A stretch of DNA of 64,000 nt from Stylophora pistillata. Taxonomy: Eukaryota. The number at the start of each line of letters is the position of its first letter. Within the stretch, counting starts at the first letter, position 1. The stretch covers positions 345,820-409,819 of the forward strand of contig NW_019218027.1 in NCBI RefSeq assembly GCF_002571385.2. The letters are read 5' to 3'. The notes beneath the pieces are model-generated. The model was not told the origin of the DNA. It ran no database searches and saw nothing but the letters and a program-made list of their open reading frames with translations. Made by a program: the position numbers and the translations under genes. Shown piece by piece: positions 10,754 through 24,900 of this stretch.

Positions 10754-13296
10754 TGTTGCTGTTCGGTTACTTTGTAGATAGAAGAGATCAGGACATAATG
10801 AGGGAAACAATAATTCACATTACAGAGAGACAGAGAACAAAGGATATAAACTACATGTGTATTTGCTGGTCTGTGTGATAAGAGCTTTATATTTTAAGAA
10901 GTATGTGATAACATGAGAGGTTGAAGCTAGGGGTAAAGGTGGTGAAGTTTCTGCTTAAGTCTACCGATGATGATGTTGAGACCGGCGATGTTCTCAGATT
11001 AGGCATATGCTAGGTGAGATTTTCCGGATACATAAATGTTACCAAATTCATCAATTTAAGGGCTATCGTATTCATAAGTCACTCACTCAGTTTAAAGTAA
11101 AAGTGCATCCGGATTCCCAAACGTTTACACAAGTCAATTTTACAAATTGACTATAATCGTCCATTGACTATAACTTAATTGTTCATAGAAATGACGCCAA
11201 CAATGATCAAAACTATTAAAAGCCACGAGGCGCAGTCGAGTGGTTTCAAGTGCGAAGTGAAGAAGGAAGTACTGAGGCTGAAAAGTAACCAGATTGGTTC
11301 TTCAAATCGTTTACACAAATATGCTTTCCGGATTCGAAAGTTTTCGGATTCGAAGTTCACCTTTTTAAATCTCGGATTCAAAATCTCCGGAGACGCGATC
11401 AAAGAAGGGACGTTTTATTTCGGATTTGTCTACTTATGTGACGTGTAAGCCGGTAAAACGATTCGGGAACAATTTCTAACAGTGTAAACCTAGTCTTCAG
11501 TACTCATTGAAGCAAACAGCGATCAAAACCATTCAACGTTTTCCAGTATTTAATTTCCGCATAAATGTAGACGAAGGGTAAAATCATTTATTTGGTGGAA
11601 GTGATGGTCGACTTTCGTTACTGAATTCAAATTAACGCCTTTTCGAAATAATAGATTTCCGTTTATAGCCCCATATTTCATATAAAAGCAGATCATCGAG
11701 AAGAAGAATAGAAACAACAGCGAATACAAAAGGATTGCCCTCGGGACTAAAGTTTTGGATTACCTTTGGGAATAAGGCTTGTCTTAGAATATAATTAAAT
11801 TTACGGAAACCTTTCTATCACCGATTTCATTCTTGTAGATTTGCACGAATCATTAGTTGATTGTTGAGACGACGCTATAAACTTAACTTCAGAGTGTTGT
11901 TGGGCCGCACTCAAAATTTAACGTCAATAAAGGAATCCGAACACATGGGACTGTCTTTAAACGTCTTCTAGAACGACCAAACTTAAAGGTGGCTAAAAGA
12001 GATGGTAAGAATAATTCAGTCACTTACCTCAAAAAGCTGAGTGAAAGGCAACCACGAAAAAACACTCGAATGGATGATCTGTATCAGTATTTTTGAAAAG
12101 ACCGCCACCCAGCCACAGAACGACACTGAAGACGCTCATTGATATGCGACTCATAAATTACATTTTTAGTAGAGACCAGTCTCTCACAGTTGTGGCACGA
12201 TTACAGCAAACTCAGAGCTAGTGTGACTCTACACAGTTCTTCTACAATTTCTTGTTTTAATAATCACTTTTCGACTGATTAGTCTGTCAAAATCAACCTT
12301 TCTTTAATAAAAAGGATACAATAGAAAAAGATACATAAAGAGTTGAGTTAAATTGAGTCAATTCATATTTTTCTCTTGACAGTAAGTATTTGGAGTGTTG
12401 TGACCTACCTTAGGCCCTTATTAACTCTGCTAGTAAAAGTAGCTTATTATGCTGCGAGCAGTGCCCAGTTTTTTCCAAATGATGCTCATTTTTAAAATTA
12501 TGCTACCTATAAAATTATGCAAGTGAAAACATTCTTGATATAGTAATTAAAAAACAGAGTTTTAGAACAGTCTCTGTAAAATCGAGTTTCAGACATTTTC
12601 GCCACTTTCGCCCGCTGACTCGTTTCCAGGGTTGTGCCTACCTCCTACCATCCCAAGCATAACCACGGAGAACTCAAAATGAGTTTCCGAGTCGACCTGT
12701 TTTTCGGAAATACGACGGGGTACGTGTTGACTGAATCTGCTTGAGTTACATATGGCAGCCGAGAAGGGACAGTGATCCAATATATGTTGCAAATCCGTTT
12801 AAATATTCAGAATCGCTATCTTTTAGACGAGTCGCTTTTGAAAGGTTGTCGAACCAAGAAAGCGATTTCAAATCCTGTTCTAATTCATAGATCCACAAAT
12901 AACTTTTACAAAAATCGAAAAAAGTCTACAATCCAAGAATTTTCCTAAATCCAGAAAATTTTGCAAATAGAGAAAAATGTTTTATTATGTACCTCTTATT
13001 AACCAAGTTAGAAGTTCCAACTGTAAGTTCTCCGATTTTTTCCGCTTGGATATATGGCTGAAGCGCGAGGACTGTCTTTATAGTCGTCGGTTTGTTCGAA
13101 GGGAGCTGGAGTATTAAGGTTAAGTTAGCCTCTACGGTGGATACAAGACAGTTAAACCTGAATTGATTCAAAGGGTTGGATGACCCCATTACAGCGGCTG
13201 AACTCAATTTCATATTTACATGCACTTCAGAACCAGACGAAAAATACTGTCACACGTCTCGATATTTTCGTTTAAAGAGGAAAATGCGTCAAAATC

Positions 13297-13356
13297 ACAA
13301 TAACCACGTGTTCTATATCTGTATTTTAATACAGATATAGAACACGTGGTTATTGT
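13297..13356. repeat. Perfect 29-bp-arm palindrome (2-nt loop)
   Basis: ACAATAACCACGTGTTCTATATCTGTATT-TT-AATACAGATATAGAACACGTGGTTATTGT. Confidence 0.85.
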
Positions 13357-13811
13357 TATTAAAATAAGCTCCCTAAATGAGACAGCTTAGGCAAGAGATC
13401 TATCATTTTCCACGGATGAGCGTGGACATAACTTCGCTTGATCAGAATGATATTTGCGGCAATACACAATATCCATTAGAAGTTATTTTCACTTAAGTCG
13501 CAATTTCCCAACCATGTCATCTGTCGTTGTTCTTAATGATCAAAATGAAACTTTGGAAATCTGATCATTTCACTATTGATACAACTTCTGACCTCTAAAC
13601 TTTCGACAATCATGGATCTATTATCAACATTTCATTTACTTTCTTTATAATCGGCAAAGGTGCAATTGAGCCTCCTGGACAAAACACCGAGGTCGACAGT
13701 TGCTGATGAACCTATGGATATCGTTCCAGACACAAATGAGGATTCAAGCATCGGCAATTGATGTTCTGAAAACTATTCGTTCTCTTGAAGTAATGTATCG
13801 GGCCCGGTCGA

Positions 13812-13842
13812 GACATTTCGAGCGTTAGCCCTTCGTCAGAGC
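13812..13842 (-). ncRNA. Truncated minimal hammerhead-ribozyme-like motif (Penelope-associated repeat)
   Basis: Minus strand GCT-CTGACGA-A-GGGC-TAAC-GCTC-GAAA-TGTC; stem I partner missing. Confidence 0.45.
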
Positions 13843-14779
13843 GAATGCAAAAAAAAAGAGGATTTGTTTTGGGTGCCGAGACTTGCGAAGACTTGCCACG
13901 TATCTATGAGAGTGAGAAGAAAACTAAAAATCTTCCATTTGCATGGTCAAGTTTTTACTTGGTGGGTTGGTGAATGTCTGATGTGAGAGGGCTTCAAGAA
14001 CAAGATTCCTTATGAATTATTTTCATAATTAAAACGGAATAATTGAAATTGAACACCAATTAACTGAAACTTCTGCAAACTCGAAAAACCAATAAATTTT
14101 TTGTTCTGGCAAACAAAAATAATATATTGCATCTAGCTAATCGAGTAGACGAGAGTGGGAATGACAACGCTGATACGAACTTATTGGAAAAAAGTTATAA
14201 ATCCAGGAATAACCTCGTTTGTTTGAATACACTAAAATTTAACCACTGACATGTCTCATATTAACTCAACGCTCGGGAACGGCTTGGTCAACCCATGAAA
14301 ACACCATGCACATAAAAAGAACCAGTGCACAATTTTAGTATATTCTCACGTCCGTTGTGTTTTAATGCCTTGCTGCTTTCCTCTGCTTGACGTAAAATCT
14401 CTCTAAATTCTGGGAACGAGAATCTTGAATTCTATTCCTGATTTAGTTACCATGCACACTAATAAAAGGGGGAGTAATGAAATTAGATGTTGAATGCCAG
14501 ACATTGCCATTTCAAATCATTATCTATGTGCTTTTTAAATTATCAAAAAACTGAAGTTGTTTATATTGTTAAGTGATCTGTAAAAAGATGAAAGTTAAAG
14601 CAACGTTGATTTCGATTCAGTCTAAAACAAATATTTAAATATTAACCGCCAAAAGTCGAGGGAAGCATTTGTTAGTTTTAACGATCCCTGAATAATTTCA
14701 TATTTGTGGACTAAGGGTGACTAAGTGTGCACATGAGTAACATGAGAACTAAATAAATATTCCTAAACTTTTCATATAA

Positions 14780-16350
14780 GTGCCTTGTCTAAGTAACAAA
14801 GATAAAGCTGAGTTATTTAAGAACTATTTTAATTCAGTTTTTAAGGGTGATGACAGTGTCCCTTTCTATGAAGACTGCTTTCTCGATGACTTTGATGTTG
14901 GTGCCGATATTTTGAATAACATCGAAGAGTTAAACATCTGTAAATTCTGCGGTCCAGATAATGTAACATCTCGAGTGTGCAGATTCGATTTCATCTCCTC
15001 TTTTTACCTTGTTCAACAATCAACTCGGTAGTGGTTGTTTTCCAAAAATGTGGAAGGTGGCTAATCTGGTTCCAGTTTTTAAGTCTGGTGACAAGGAAAT
15101 GGTTGAAAACTATAGAGGGATATCATTACTGTGTATCATCTCCAAAGTCCTTGAAAAGTGCGTTTTTCAAGTGCGTTTTTTCATGTTTTTCCCTTTATCC
15201 AACCTAAACTTTACCATCTACAAGACGGCTTTGTTAAAGGACGTTCATGTGTTACAAGTCTTCTCAGATCTACATTTATCTTTGCCAAAGCACTTGATGA
15301 GAAGAAACAGCGTGATGTGGTATTTCTGGATTACAGTAAAGCATTTGATTCTGTATCATTTAACTGCTTACTAAGGGAACTGTATGGCGTTGGTATAAGA
15401 GGGAACTTGCTATCTTGGTTTAAAAGTTATTTCACAGATCGTTTGCATATGACAGTTATAGATGGCCGAGCATCTTCTTTACTGCCTATTTCATCCGGTG
15501 TGCCCCAGGAGTCTATCCTGGGACCTTTGTTGTTTATAATATGTATTAACAGTGCCCTATGTGTGACAGATGCTAAGACTACTGTCCAACTCTATGCAGA
15601 TGATATGAAGTGTTATCGAGTTATTGATAACGGTGCTGACGCAGTTCAACTACAAAGAGACTTACTAAGCTTAACTGGTTGGTCGTCTGAGCATTTCATG
15701 ACTTTCAACGCTAATAAGTGTAAGCACCTTGTCGTGACAAAGAAAAACAGTTTTATTCACACATCATATAATCTGAGCGGGTCACAGATTGAGAAAGATC
15801 TAGGCGTTCATGTTTCTTCGAATTTATTCTGGAACGATCCCATTGACTTTGTTATAAGTAAGGTAAATAAGATGTTGGGTATTATCTACAGAACGTGCAC
15901 CATTGATTGCGACCAAAAAACTAAGTTGATTCTATACAAATAGTTGGTACGACCGCAGCTGGAGTACGCATCTCAAGTTTGGTCTCCCTATAGTAAAGAA
16001 AAAATTAAGGCCCTTGAGCGTGTTCAAAGGCGTGCCACCAAATTTATCTTGAAATGTGATTTAACTTATCCAGAACGTTTACTTAAATTAGGTCTTTTGC
16101 CTCTCGAGTTTAGAAGGGAGGTTTTAGATTTATGTTTCTTTTTTAAATGTCTGAAGGGGCACATCGATTTTGACGTCCTATTATCTGTTATCTTCAAATC
16201 ATATAAGTACGATGTGAGGAATACAGAACCATACTTGCCAAGGGTCGTTTTAGAACCGATGTTTTTAAATTCTCATTTTTTAATCGCATTGTGAATTTAT
16301 GGAATGGCCTGCCTGTAGCTATTAGGACAATTGATCGAGTATCATTGTTT
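14780..16350 (+). mobile_element. Decayed non-LTR retrotransposon (CR1/L2-like) reverse transcriptase
   Basis: NYRGISLL, FLDYSKAFDSV, SGVPQESILGPLLF, YADD, EKDLGV, RPQLEYASQVWSP, LERVQRRATK, spread across frameshifts and a stop at 15941-15943. Confidence 0.9.
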
Positions 16351-16615
16351 AGTAAGAAAGTAAGAAAGTGAATCAGTTTTATATCAGTAAATTTAACTTA
16401 AGTAAGGATAAATTTTTATAGTTTTTGATTATGTATTGTTGTTGCTATTTGTCTATGTTAGTTTTTAATTTTTTTTGTATTTTATCACAGGCAGTTTATT
16501 TAAAATAAGGAATCTATAATTCTGTATAAACTGGCCTCATTACTCAGATATCTCTTTTTTATACTTGTATATATATTTAACTCCTTGTTTTTGTTTTTTT
16601 TTGAATATCCTGTCA

Positions 16616-18900
16616 CGTTGGGAGAATTGGAGAAGTCAACTGCCTCTTTTAGAGACAATCAGCATTCCAAGGTGTTTCAAGCCCTCAGACTTTGGCAAGG
16701 TGGTTTCAGCACAATTGAACAATTTGTCAGATGCCTCAGGATCGGGATACGGGCAATGCTCATATCTACGTTTAGTTGATGACAACAATCGTATACATTG
16801 CTCCTTTGTCATGGGCAATGCACACGTCGCACCAAGGAAAACAGTAGGCATCCCCAGGCTAGAATTAGCAGCGGCTGTTGTTTCGGTAAAGGTAGCTGAT
16901 GTGCTGAAGAATGAGTTGAACTATCAGAGAATCGAAGAAAGTTATTGGATTGACAGCAAGGCAGTTCTTGGGTTCATCAACAACGAGTCCCGAAGATTTC
17001 ATGTTTACGTGGCAAATAGAATGCAGCTGATAGGAGATTACACTTCGCCATCACAGTGGCGGTATGTTGAGTCTGCATTCAATCCAGCAGATGAAGGTTC
17101 AGCAGATGAAGATCTGAACGCAAGACATTTTCTACAGAAATCCCAATAGATTAAAGGCCCGGATTTCTTATGGAAAAGTGAAAACCACGGGCCGGAGCAA
17201 GATTCATATGAAAAGGAGCTCGACCCTAGTGGTCCAGAAGTGAAGAAGATCACTGTACATACTACTGTTTCTGAAAGAAAGAAAGAGGTTAGAAAGATTC
17301 TCCAGCTGGAAAAGGCTAAAAACAGCAATCGCGTTGTGTATCAAGTACAAACAGCAGGTGAAGATGAGAGTAAATGAAGCAATAAGCAGATCTCCTGTGA
17401 AAGGAACCTCTCAGAGTGCACCCAACAGTGGACAGAAATGTGATAGTAAAGATTGCCCTGTTGTCACATCTGTTATGGTGAATGACTTAGAATAAGCTGA
17501 AGTTCAAGTCATCCAACTAGTGCAAGCTGACGCCTTCGAAAGAGAAATTAACGCATTAAAAGAGCTTCAAGCTGAAGTGAAGGGTGGAAGTCGACAATGC
17601 GATAAAGAGAAGAAGGTTGCTATGAAGAAAACCAGCCGTCTAGATACACTGGATCCATTCTTAGAGTGCAATCGTGTTTTGAGAGTTGGAGGACGGATCA
17701 AGAAAGCCAACTTGTCAGATAGTCTTAAAAATCCTGTCATTTTGCCTCAGGCTGGCCACGTTACCCAGCTGATTATCCGTCATGTTCACGAGAAGACACA
17801 ACACAGTGGGCGAGGTGTCACTTTAAATGAGTTACGCACAAATGGTTACTGGATCATAAATGGAAATGCAGCTGTCCAGCATTTCATCTCAAAATGTGTC
17901 ACATGTCGTTATCTCCGTGGAGGTGCAGGAGAGCAAAAGATGACTAATCTTCCAAAGTCACGCGTTGAGCCTGCGCCGTCATTTACTTACAGTGCGGTTG
18001 ATTATTTCGGACCGTGGTGTGTGAAAGAGGGCCGGAAAGAAGTAAAAAGGTATGGAGCCTTGTTTACATGTATGACTAGTCGTGCCATACACATAGAAGT
18101 AGCACACTCCTTGGAAACATATTCATTCCTGCAAGCGTTATGGAGGTTTATTTCTCGAAGAGGGCCCATAAGAGAATTAGGTAGTGATCAACGAACTAAC
18201 TTTATAGGAGCTCAAAACGAATTGAAGAAGGCGCTACAAGACATGGATGACGATCAGATTAAGGTAGAGCTACTGAAGAATGACATCGATTGGGTTAGGA
18301 ATCCTGCCACAGCAAGCAATTTTGGGGGAGTATGGGAGAGACAAATTAGATCTGCGAGGAACATTATGGCAGCGCTAATGAGAGAACACGGCCACAGTTT
18401 GGATGATGAAGCGTTGAGAACCCTAATGTGCGAAACAGAAGCGGTTGTAAACAATCGACCCCTAACGGTGGACATCTTGAGTGATCCTCTTTCGCCGCTA
18501 CCGCTTACCCCAAGTACCCCTCTCACCGGTAAAACAAAGCTTATTTTGCCACGTCCAGGAAAGTTCCAAAAGGAAGATGATTGTAAACAGCGCTGGAGAC
18601 GTGTTGAGCACATTGCAAATGAATTTTGGACACGATGGAGCAAAGGGTACTTGCAAAGTCTACAAGTGAGAAACAAGTGGACACGTCAACGAAGAAACTT
18701 CATTGAAGGTGATGTTGTATTGCTGAAAGACAGCAACACTTGCAGAAATAAGTGGTCCCTGGCCAAAGTACCTTTCCAGATGACCAAGGTCAAATCCGAT
18801 CAGTGACTGTCCGAACTTCGAAGGGATCCCTACTGGAGCGGCCCATCAACAAACTTGTCCTTTTGTTAGAGTCAAATGAAGAGAGACCGGGAATCCCTGA
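16616..18900 (+). mobile_element. Decayed BEL/Pao LTR retrotransposon pol fragment (RNase H/A17 region plus integrase)
   Basis: IPRCF, SDAS..GYG, IPRLEL, W.DS..VL, NPAD, LRVGGR, H..H/C..C zinc finger, VDYFGP, SRAIHIE, SDQRTNF, GGVWER, NNRPL; contains stops and frameshifts. Confidence 0.9.
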
Positions 18901-19038
18901 CGGATAGGAGGGAGCGCAATACATTGTCATAAAAATATAATAATTGCAAAAAGAACTTATAAGCTTTTATCTTTAGCAGCTGGTTTATTTTTCAGTCTTT
19001 TTTAAATGGCAGTTAAATTTTGAATATTCTTGTCTCAG

Positions 19039-20498
19039 AATGCAAGCCATGTTCCGCACAATGGCTACTGGTCTACCACCACGGTGGAAATGGAAATGGA
19101 ATTTCCGGATCGAAATTTTCGCTGGTCTCCGCCGTTTTATCAGGGGCTCGAGTTCGGGTGGTGATAGATAGGTACAGCACAGAAGCCGATAGTGCGCATG
19201 TCTTCGGCCATCACGTATTTGCTCAACTGCTACAACACGTTAGGAAAGCCTCCTGGTACAAGTTTCAAGATAATGCCTACTGGTGGTGGGTGATTGTGTC
19301 CACCAATGGGAATATGGAAATGGCGAGGTATAACGTTGGCTCAAACACACATCGTGGAACCAACGATAAAAAAGTGAGCATCTGGTGGTATGTGCAGACA
19401 TCTTCGTTCGTTCCAATGCCATCATACTCCCACCTAGCCGATGGCAGCACAGTGTAGGGTAAGTTGACTAACCTGGTAAACAGTGTTAAGAATGGCCATG
19501 AAATTCGATGCGTGACTGCTAAGAAGTATACCTTTCCGCTTCAAAATGTCGCGATCAACAGCCAGGGTGTCAATTTCGTTTCAGGGAAAAATGTGGACCA
19601 CATAAGTATCAAAACGAGCGGTAATGTGATAAAATTTCAGAGTAACGCCTACTAGTGGTCTGGTGTAGTAACTACCCGCTGATTGCGCGACATGTCACGC
19701 TGGACTGTTGGAATCCATCAGCCTCGAGGTCACAATCAGGACAAAGTGGCAAATGAATGGTTTGCGGACGAATGCTGGAAGGAGGTCTTCACCTACGATA
19801 GCAAAGGTTCATCTCTTTTGGGATCGCGCCAGGCACTAATGTCGGCCCTCATGTCTGGTCATCGTGTCCGTTTTCAGATTCCACAGTGGAATTACTACAC
19901 AGCAGAAGCTCTGTCCTTGCGAAATTCCCATGTGACGGCCCAGGCACTTAAACACGTAAATAAAAACAGACTTACTGGGTTCCAAGGTGACGCATATTGG
20001 TACTGGCTTATGGTCTCAACCACAGGAACCGTCCGTTCCGCGAGATACAACGTTGGAGGACATAAGCATCGCGGAGATTCTAAGCACAAGCTGTCCGTGA
20101 AGTGGTACGTTGACACTAGGCCTTGGAAACAGGTTTTGTCCAACGGCCCAACAGGCAATGTCCTTAGCGGAGACCGCAGTGATCTTGTTCAGGCCGTCAG
20201 AGACGGAGCAGCTGTACGCTGCGTGCAAGGGAATGAGTGTCGGGGCTACGTGTACAATGCTCAAAACCTTGCTGTGTCTCCAGATGGAAACCACGTGGCT
20301 GCTCAGGCTCTCAACCATGTTAGCATGCGGTCAGCACCCGACCCCGACGAACTTATGATTAGTCCTAACGCTTACTGGTGGTTTACAATTGTGTCCACAA
20401 CTGGTTGGAGGGAGATGTCTCGCTGGACCGTTGGTGAGCATGTGGATCGAGGACATACCTCCAACAAAATTGGCCAGAAGTGGTTCGTAAACCATTGA
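19039..20498 (+). pseudogene. Terminal exon of a Trp-rich four-repeat (A-B-A-B, ~120 aa units) protein with three in-frame stops
   Basis: ORFs 19020/19464/19683 share one frame, broken by TAG 19455, TAG 19653 (at a conserved W of AYWW) and TGA 19680 (at a conserved G). Repeated motif W..V....G....GS...L..AV..G..VR...AQ.L.HV...AYWW...VST.G.....R..VG; acceptor TCTCAG at 19038. Confidence 0.7.
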
Positions 20499-21993
20499 GT
20501 TAAATCACGTCCTGATGTGCGAAACGTTGAATTGGCAAACGAACTGTATCGTACGTTTAGAATAGTTGCAGCGAGGCTCCAAAAAATTTAAGGAACTCAT
20601 TGATTCTTGTTCCTGCTTCTCTATAGAGCTAGCTTAAAAGAAATGTAACGATCGCTTGTTACTTTTGACTACAGTTAGCCAACGCTCTACATCTTGTTCC
20701 TTTTTGTGGAATTATGTCTTTACTGGGGTGACTCAGTAAGTGGTTCATGAATAAAATGTGAATCCACAAGAAAACCAAGCTGACTGATTTAAGTGTAGAA
20801 ACATCGACATAAGGGTTGAGCTTGACCTCGATGAACTTGGGTTAATTGAAGTGTCCGAGAATTGACAGGTCACAATTTTGTTACGTATTTACGCATTTTG
20901 GTTTTTCCCGCTATCGAATTTGACATCGTTTTCTATGAAAAGAGCCAATATGGAGAATAAAAAGATCATAATGTTTCTTCGCTGAGCGGTTATTCGATGG
21001 TCTTGAAAGGGAACAGTGGGCAAAGACGTGCTCGTGAAAAACTCGTCAAGAGGGTTTCGGTGATAAACTTTATTTCACGTATATATCTTTGCACTTGGCA
21101 CGAGTGTTCACTGACAACTGCATGTAAAAGTGCCTAATGACAAATTAACTGTTGGTTACGAACCACCGTTTATTGTAAGATACCCCTTATCTTATCTTGT
21201 GATTGCTTAGTAGTATACTTTAAACGGGTTCTATGGAAGAATCAAACTTTACTCCAGTCTAGTTCGTCTGCGCTCTCTACTTGGTCAAGCGAAGACCCTC
21301 CTTCAAGATGTACCATCACTGAAAGACAACCTTTTTCTCTCCAGATCCCAGTCAGACGATGGAGCGACAAAAAATGCTTAGGAACTAGATGGCTACAAAT
21401 TTTAAAATTACGAAAACTTGACTAATTCGTAAAACGAAAAAGATGACTAATTCTGCTTAAAAACCGGTGGTAGATTTCTTAGTAACTCTCTTAGAGTCGC
21501 GTGATCGAAAGGTGACTGCACTATGTGTTTTCCCTTCGTTAATCCACTTGACCGTCAAAAGAAAGTTCTCGTGCAGTTAATGTTTATCTAAGAGTTCATG
21601 GAGAGGAAATGACGAAAGTATCATCATAAATTTAGCAGCACTTGGAGTTCAGATTAACATGCATTTTAAAGAAAGAAAATTGCGTTCGCCATCAGTCGAA
21701 TGGGTACGGAGGTCAGCGTTAATTAGGGTTAGAGTACCAAGAGTACTCAATAAGTCTTAAACCTTTTCTCGAACCATGACTCCATTACTCAGTTCCTAAC
21801 ACAGCTGTTAGCTTGTAATATCTTCTATTTTTTCTAAGTTTGGGCTAAATCGGTTATTTGAGTTTTAAAAACCTCTTGCCTGGTTCTCCCATGGAAGCAC
21901 TAAAAATCAAGAAAAACATTCACTTCCCCCCCCCCATAATGAAATGGAGCAATATTACTGGTTATTGAAAGTTTCCTAATAACTTTTGCTTTC

Positions 21994-24900
21994 TCATCTA
22001 AAAGTTATAAGATAATCTGGATAACACTGGTTATCGTAGAACACAACAAATATAGTCGGATTTGTGGGGTTATCCACAACACTGTCATAAGCATCTGTAG
22101 CGTCACTCCCCTTGGGAGGCGGAGTTATCATTCCCTGTCGTCCGGTCGTGTATTCACCGGCAAGGACGCGTGCAAGATATATGTGACGGTTTCCAGTTGC
22201 ATCGGGTGGAGAATACGTCTTTTGAGTGGAATAGGAAGCGTCTCGAGCAAAGTAAACACCATTTCCGTACACAGTGGCTAAAAATTATAAAACCAACCGT
22301 AACTTACATCGTCTTTAAATTCTTATGAAATAATTTGGATATATCAACAAAGTTGAAATGGTAAATTGGCCACCGTAACGTACATTGGCCTTCGCTCCGA
22401 CGAAGGGCTAACGCTCGAAACGTCAGCTTTTGTAATCGTTACGGTGGCCAATTTACCATTTCAACTTTGTTGATATATCCAAATTATTTCGTTACTCCCA
22501 CCGACGCAGCCCCAAACAGTTCCTTTCGAAACTATCAGCCTTCAATTCTTATGGGCATTTAAGTTAAATTAATTTTCTTTCTGATAACATGCAAACATTC
22601 CATGCTGTTTAGATGCTAATTCAAGGCTAGTTAGCTTTGCAGTGAATGTGTAGAACAAGATTTTAAGACGATCTCTTTGACATTTCAAATTCGAGTGATC
22701 GCCAAAAGTATTGATCTTAAGAAGGACACAAGGGACGAAATATTCGCGCCTATAAATAAAATGTCGGCCTCCTGAGTCGATTCTCTTGAAATATGTCAGT
22801 CGTGAAGGATATTTTTGATAATCCCATGAAGTTGTCTTTTTTCCGGGAAATGAAGACACTAAATTTGACGTAGGTATAAAATTTTAAATAACAATGAACT
22901 AAATAATTACCATTTTTGCCACAATAGCTTCTGTTGAAACCGAATTTGCTGAGGGTGGGGCAACTGCTTGCCGCCGTTCCATGGAAGAGTTGTTTTTCAT
23001 TGCCACCATTTTTATGCTCCATCTGGTCCCTTCTGACCATGTACTGCCGGTATAGGACAGGGTTTTGCACCCTTTCGATCTTGATAATGTTAACAGGAGA
23101 CGTCTTGCGTACTTCGTCTGCTACCTTTTTGTACTCGCTCGCGTTAGGGTCTAATAACACTAGATGTACTTCTTTCTCTTTTCCAGAGCCATCCTTTGGG
23201 TGCACATCCCACTCCAAGGGTAATGGAACACCTGATTTAAAATATTTCATTTGACTTGAAATTCATACTTATTAGCAAGGTTAAATTTACGATTGAGATA
23301 ACATGCAAACGACTTTGTTATCAGTGTGCATAACTGTTAATTAGCATTACTTTTCAGTTCAGCTGCACCGTACCTTTCCCAATCTCCTTTCGAACAACGA
23401 CTCTCACTTCTCCATCGTCAAGGCAGGTTTCCGTCATGTCTTTGAACGCAATCTTGCATTTTGCTTCATCAATTAATACAATAAGGGAATCTTTGCCCTC
23501 ACGAAAGGCTTCTTCAATCTGGAAATTAATGCTGGGCTCATAGGGCTCTGGGGTTTCATCACCATCGCTGCCATATGAGAACCACTGTACATTTTTCGAA
23601 AGGAGCTCACCAACACCTTTCGTGTGCTCTTCCTCAATCTTCTGGTTGAGTACGTCGTAAATTGTGGTGGCTACATCAAGAACGTCTTCTGCATCACCTC
23701 TTACAGATATACGACCAATGCTCTGCTCCAGGTTAACAGTGACGTCGTATTCAGCTTCCAATTTCTTAATTTGTTGTGTTTGCTCCTTTGAAAGATTACA
23801 TATGGCTTCACGTTCAATTACTTTCTGTGTGCAGTGATCGGCCACATCCTTTTCTATTTTCTTGATGACTGCGTCGATGTCTTGCTTTGTGCCTGCAAAG
23901 ATTTCTATGTAGCTGAAAGGCTTTCCTTTTCCTTGAAAAATGCGCATAGATGACATAGAATGTGAAGACGCTGAGGTAATTCGTCCAAATCCAAACCATC
24001 CAGCAAGCTTTGAGAGAAAACCGGTTCCACCTTTTTCAGAAGACAAGCTCGCTTCCATTGCAGTTTGGAAAACAGTTAACATATGAGGCTGATAGATTAC
24101 AATACGAACAAGAGCAATGGATACAGGTTCCTCTCGAGCAAATTTGAAAATAGCAGACATCATCCCCTCTGCAGCCTCTTTTGCATCTTTATTTATGTTC
24201 CCTGTTCCAACGGCTGGGAATGAAATCGAGGTCAATCCATCCGACTCAGCTTTTCGCAAACACTCTAAAATGCAGTCAGTGATGGAATGCATGCTCGTGC
24301 CGTAATCTGGAACCATGTGGTAGATTTTTCCAACTTGTAGCTTTCCGGCTCCAGAAACTACAACAGAGCCTGGCTTCTGGGACCCCATAGATGAGCATTC
24401 TGTTTGAATAGTTGGTCCTCCAGCAGCTAGGATAGCCTTTCCCACACCACCCCCTAGTGCAACATCCAGCTCGCTGTTTGACAATGTCGCGATTGCATCG
24501 GTTGCTTCTTTCGTGATGTTACCAGTCTCAGCTTGAACGACTACATTGCCAATCATTATTTCAGGTTGTAAGGGATTTAACATCATGGGCTCTTCTTCCA
24601 AGGTATCGCCAACGTCATCAGGGGTATCTAAATCAGATCGTTTGGTGTTACCACCGCGCCAACCTCGACGTTTCTTCTTTCCATGTTTCGGATCCACTGT
24701 TCCTGCTGGTGGCTGCGGTGGAGGTGGGCCTACCCCACCTCTTTTTTGTAGTTCGGTCTGGAAGGCTTGCAATGATTGCAAATCTTTATCATACACGACT
24801 AAATGGACTGCCTTCAAAGAGGTGCTTGGATTTTTCTTACTGAAGACAACAGCTTCGTCAAAGGAAGCTGCAGCCACGCAATCACGGGGAAAATTGAGGT

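Noticed and set aside
11060-11500. ORFs 11175-11448 and repeated TTTACAC/CGGATTC motifs
   Set aside because: Look like internal repeats of a decayed non-autonomous DNA transposon; boundaries could not be defined
19455-19682. Stop-codon readthrough or selenocysteine/pyrrolysine recoding of the three in-frame stops
   Set aside because: The stops are of mixed type, and two fall at conserved Trp/Gly positions reachable by single substitutions; pseudogenisation is simpler
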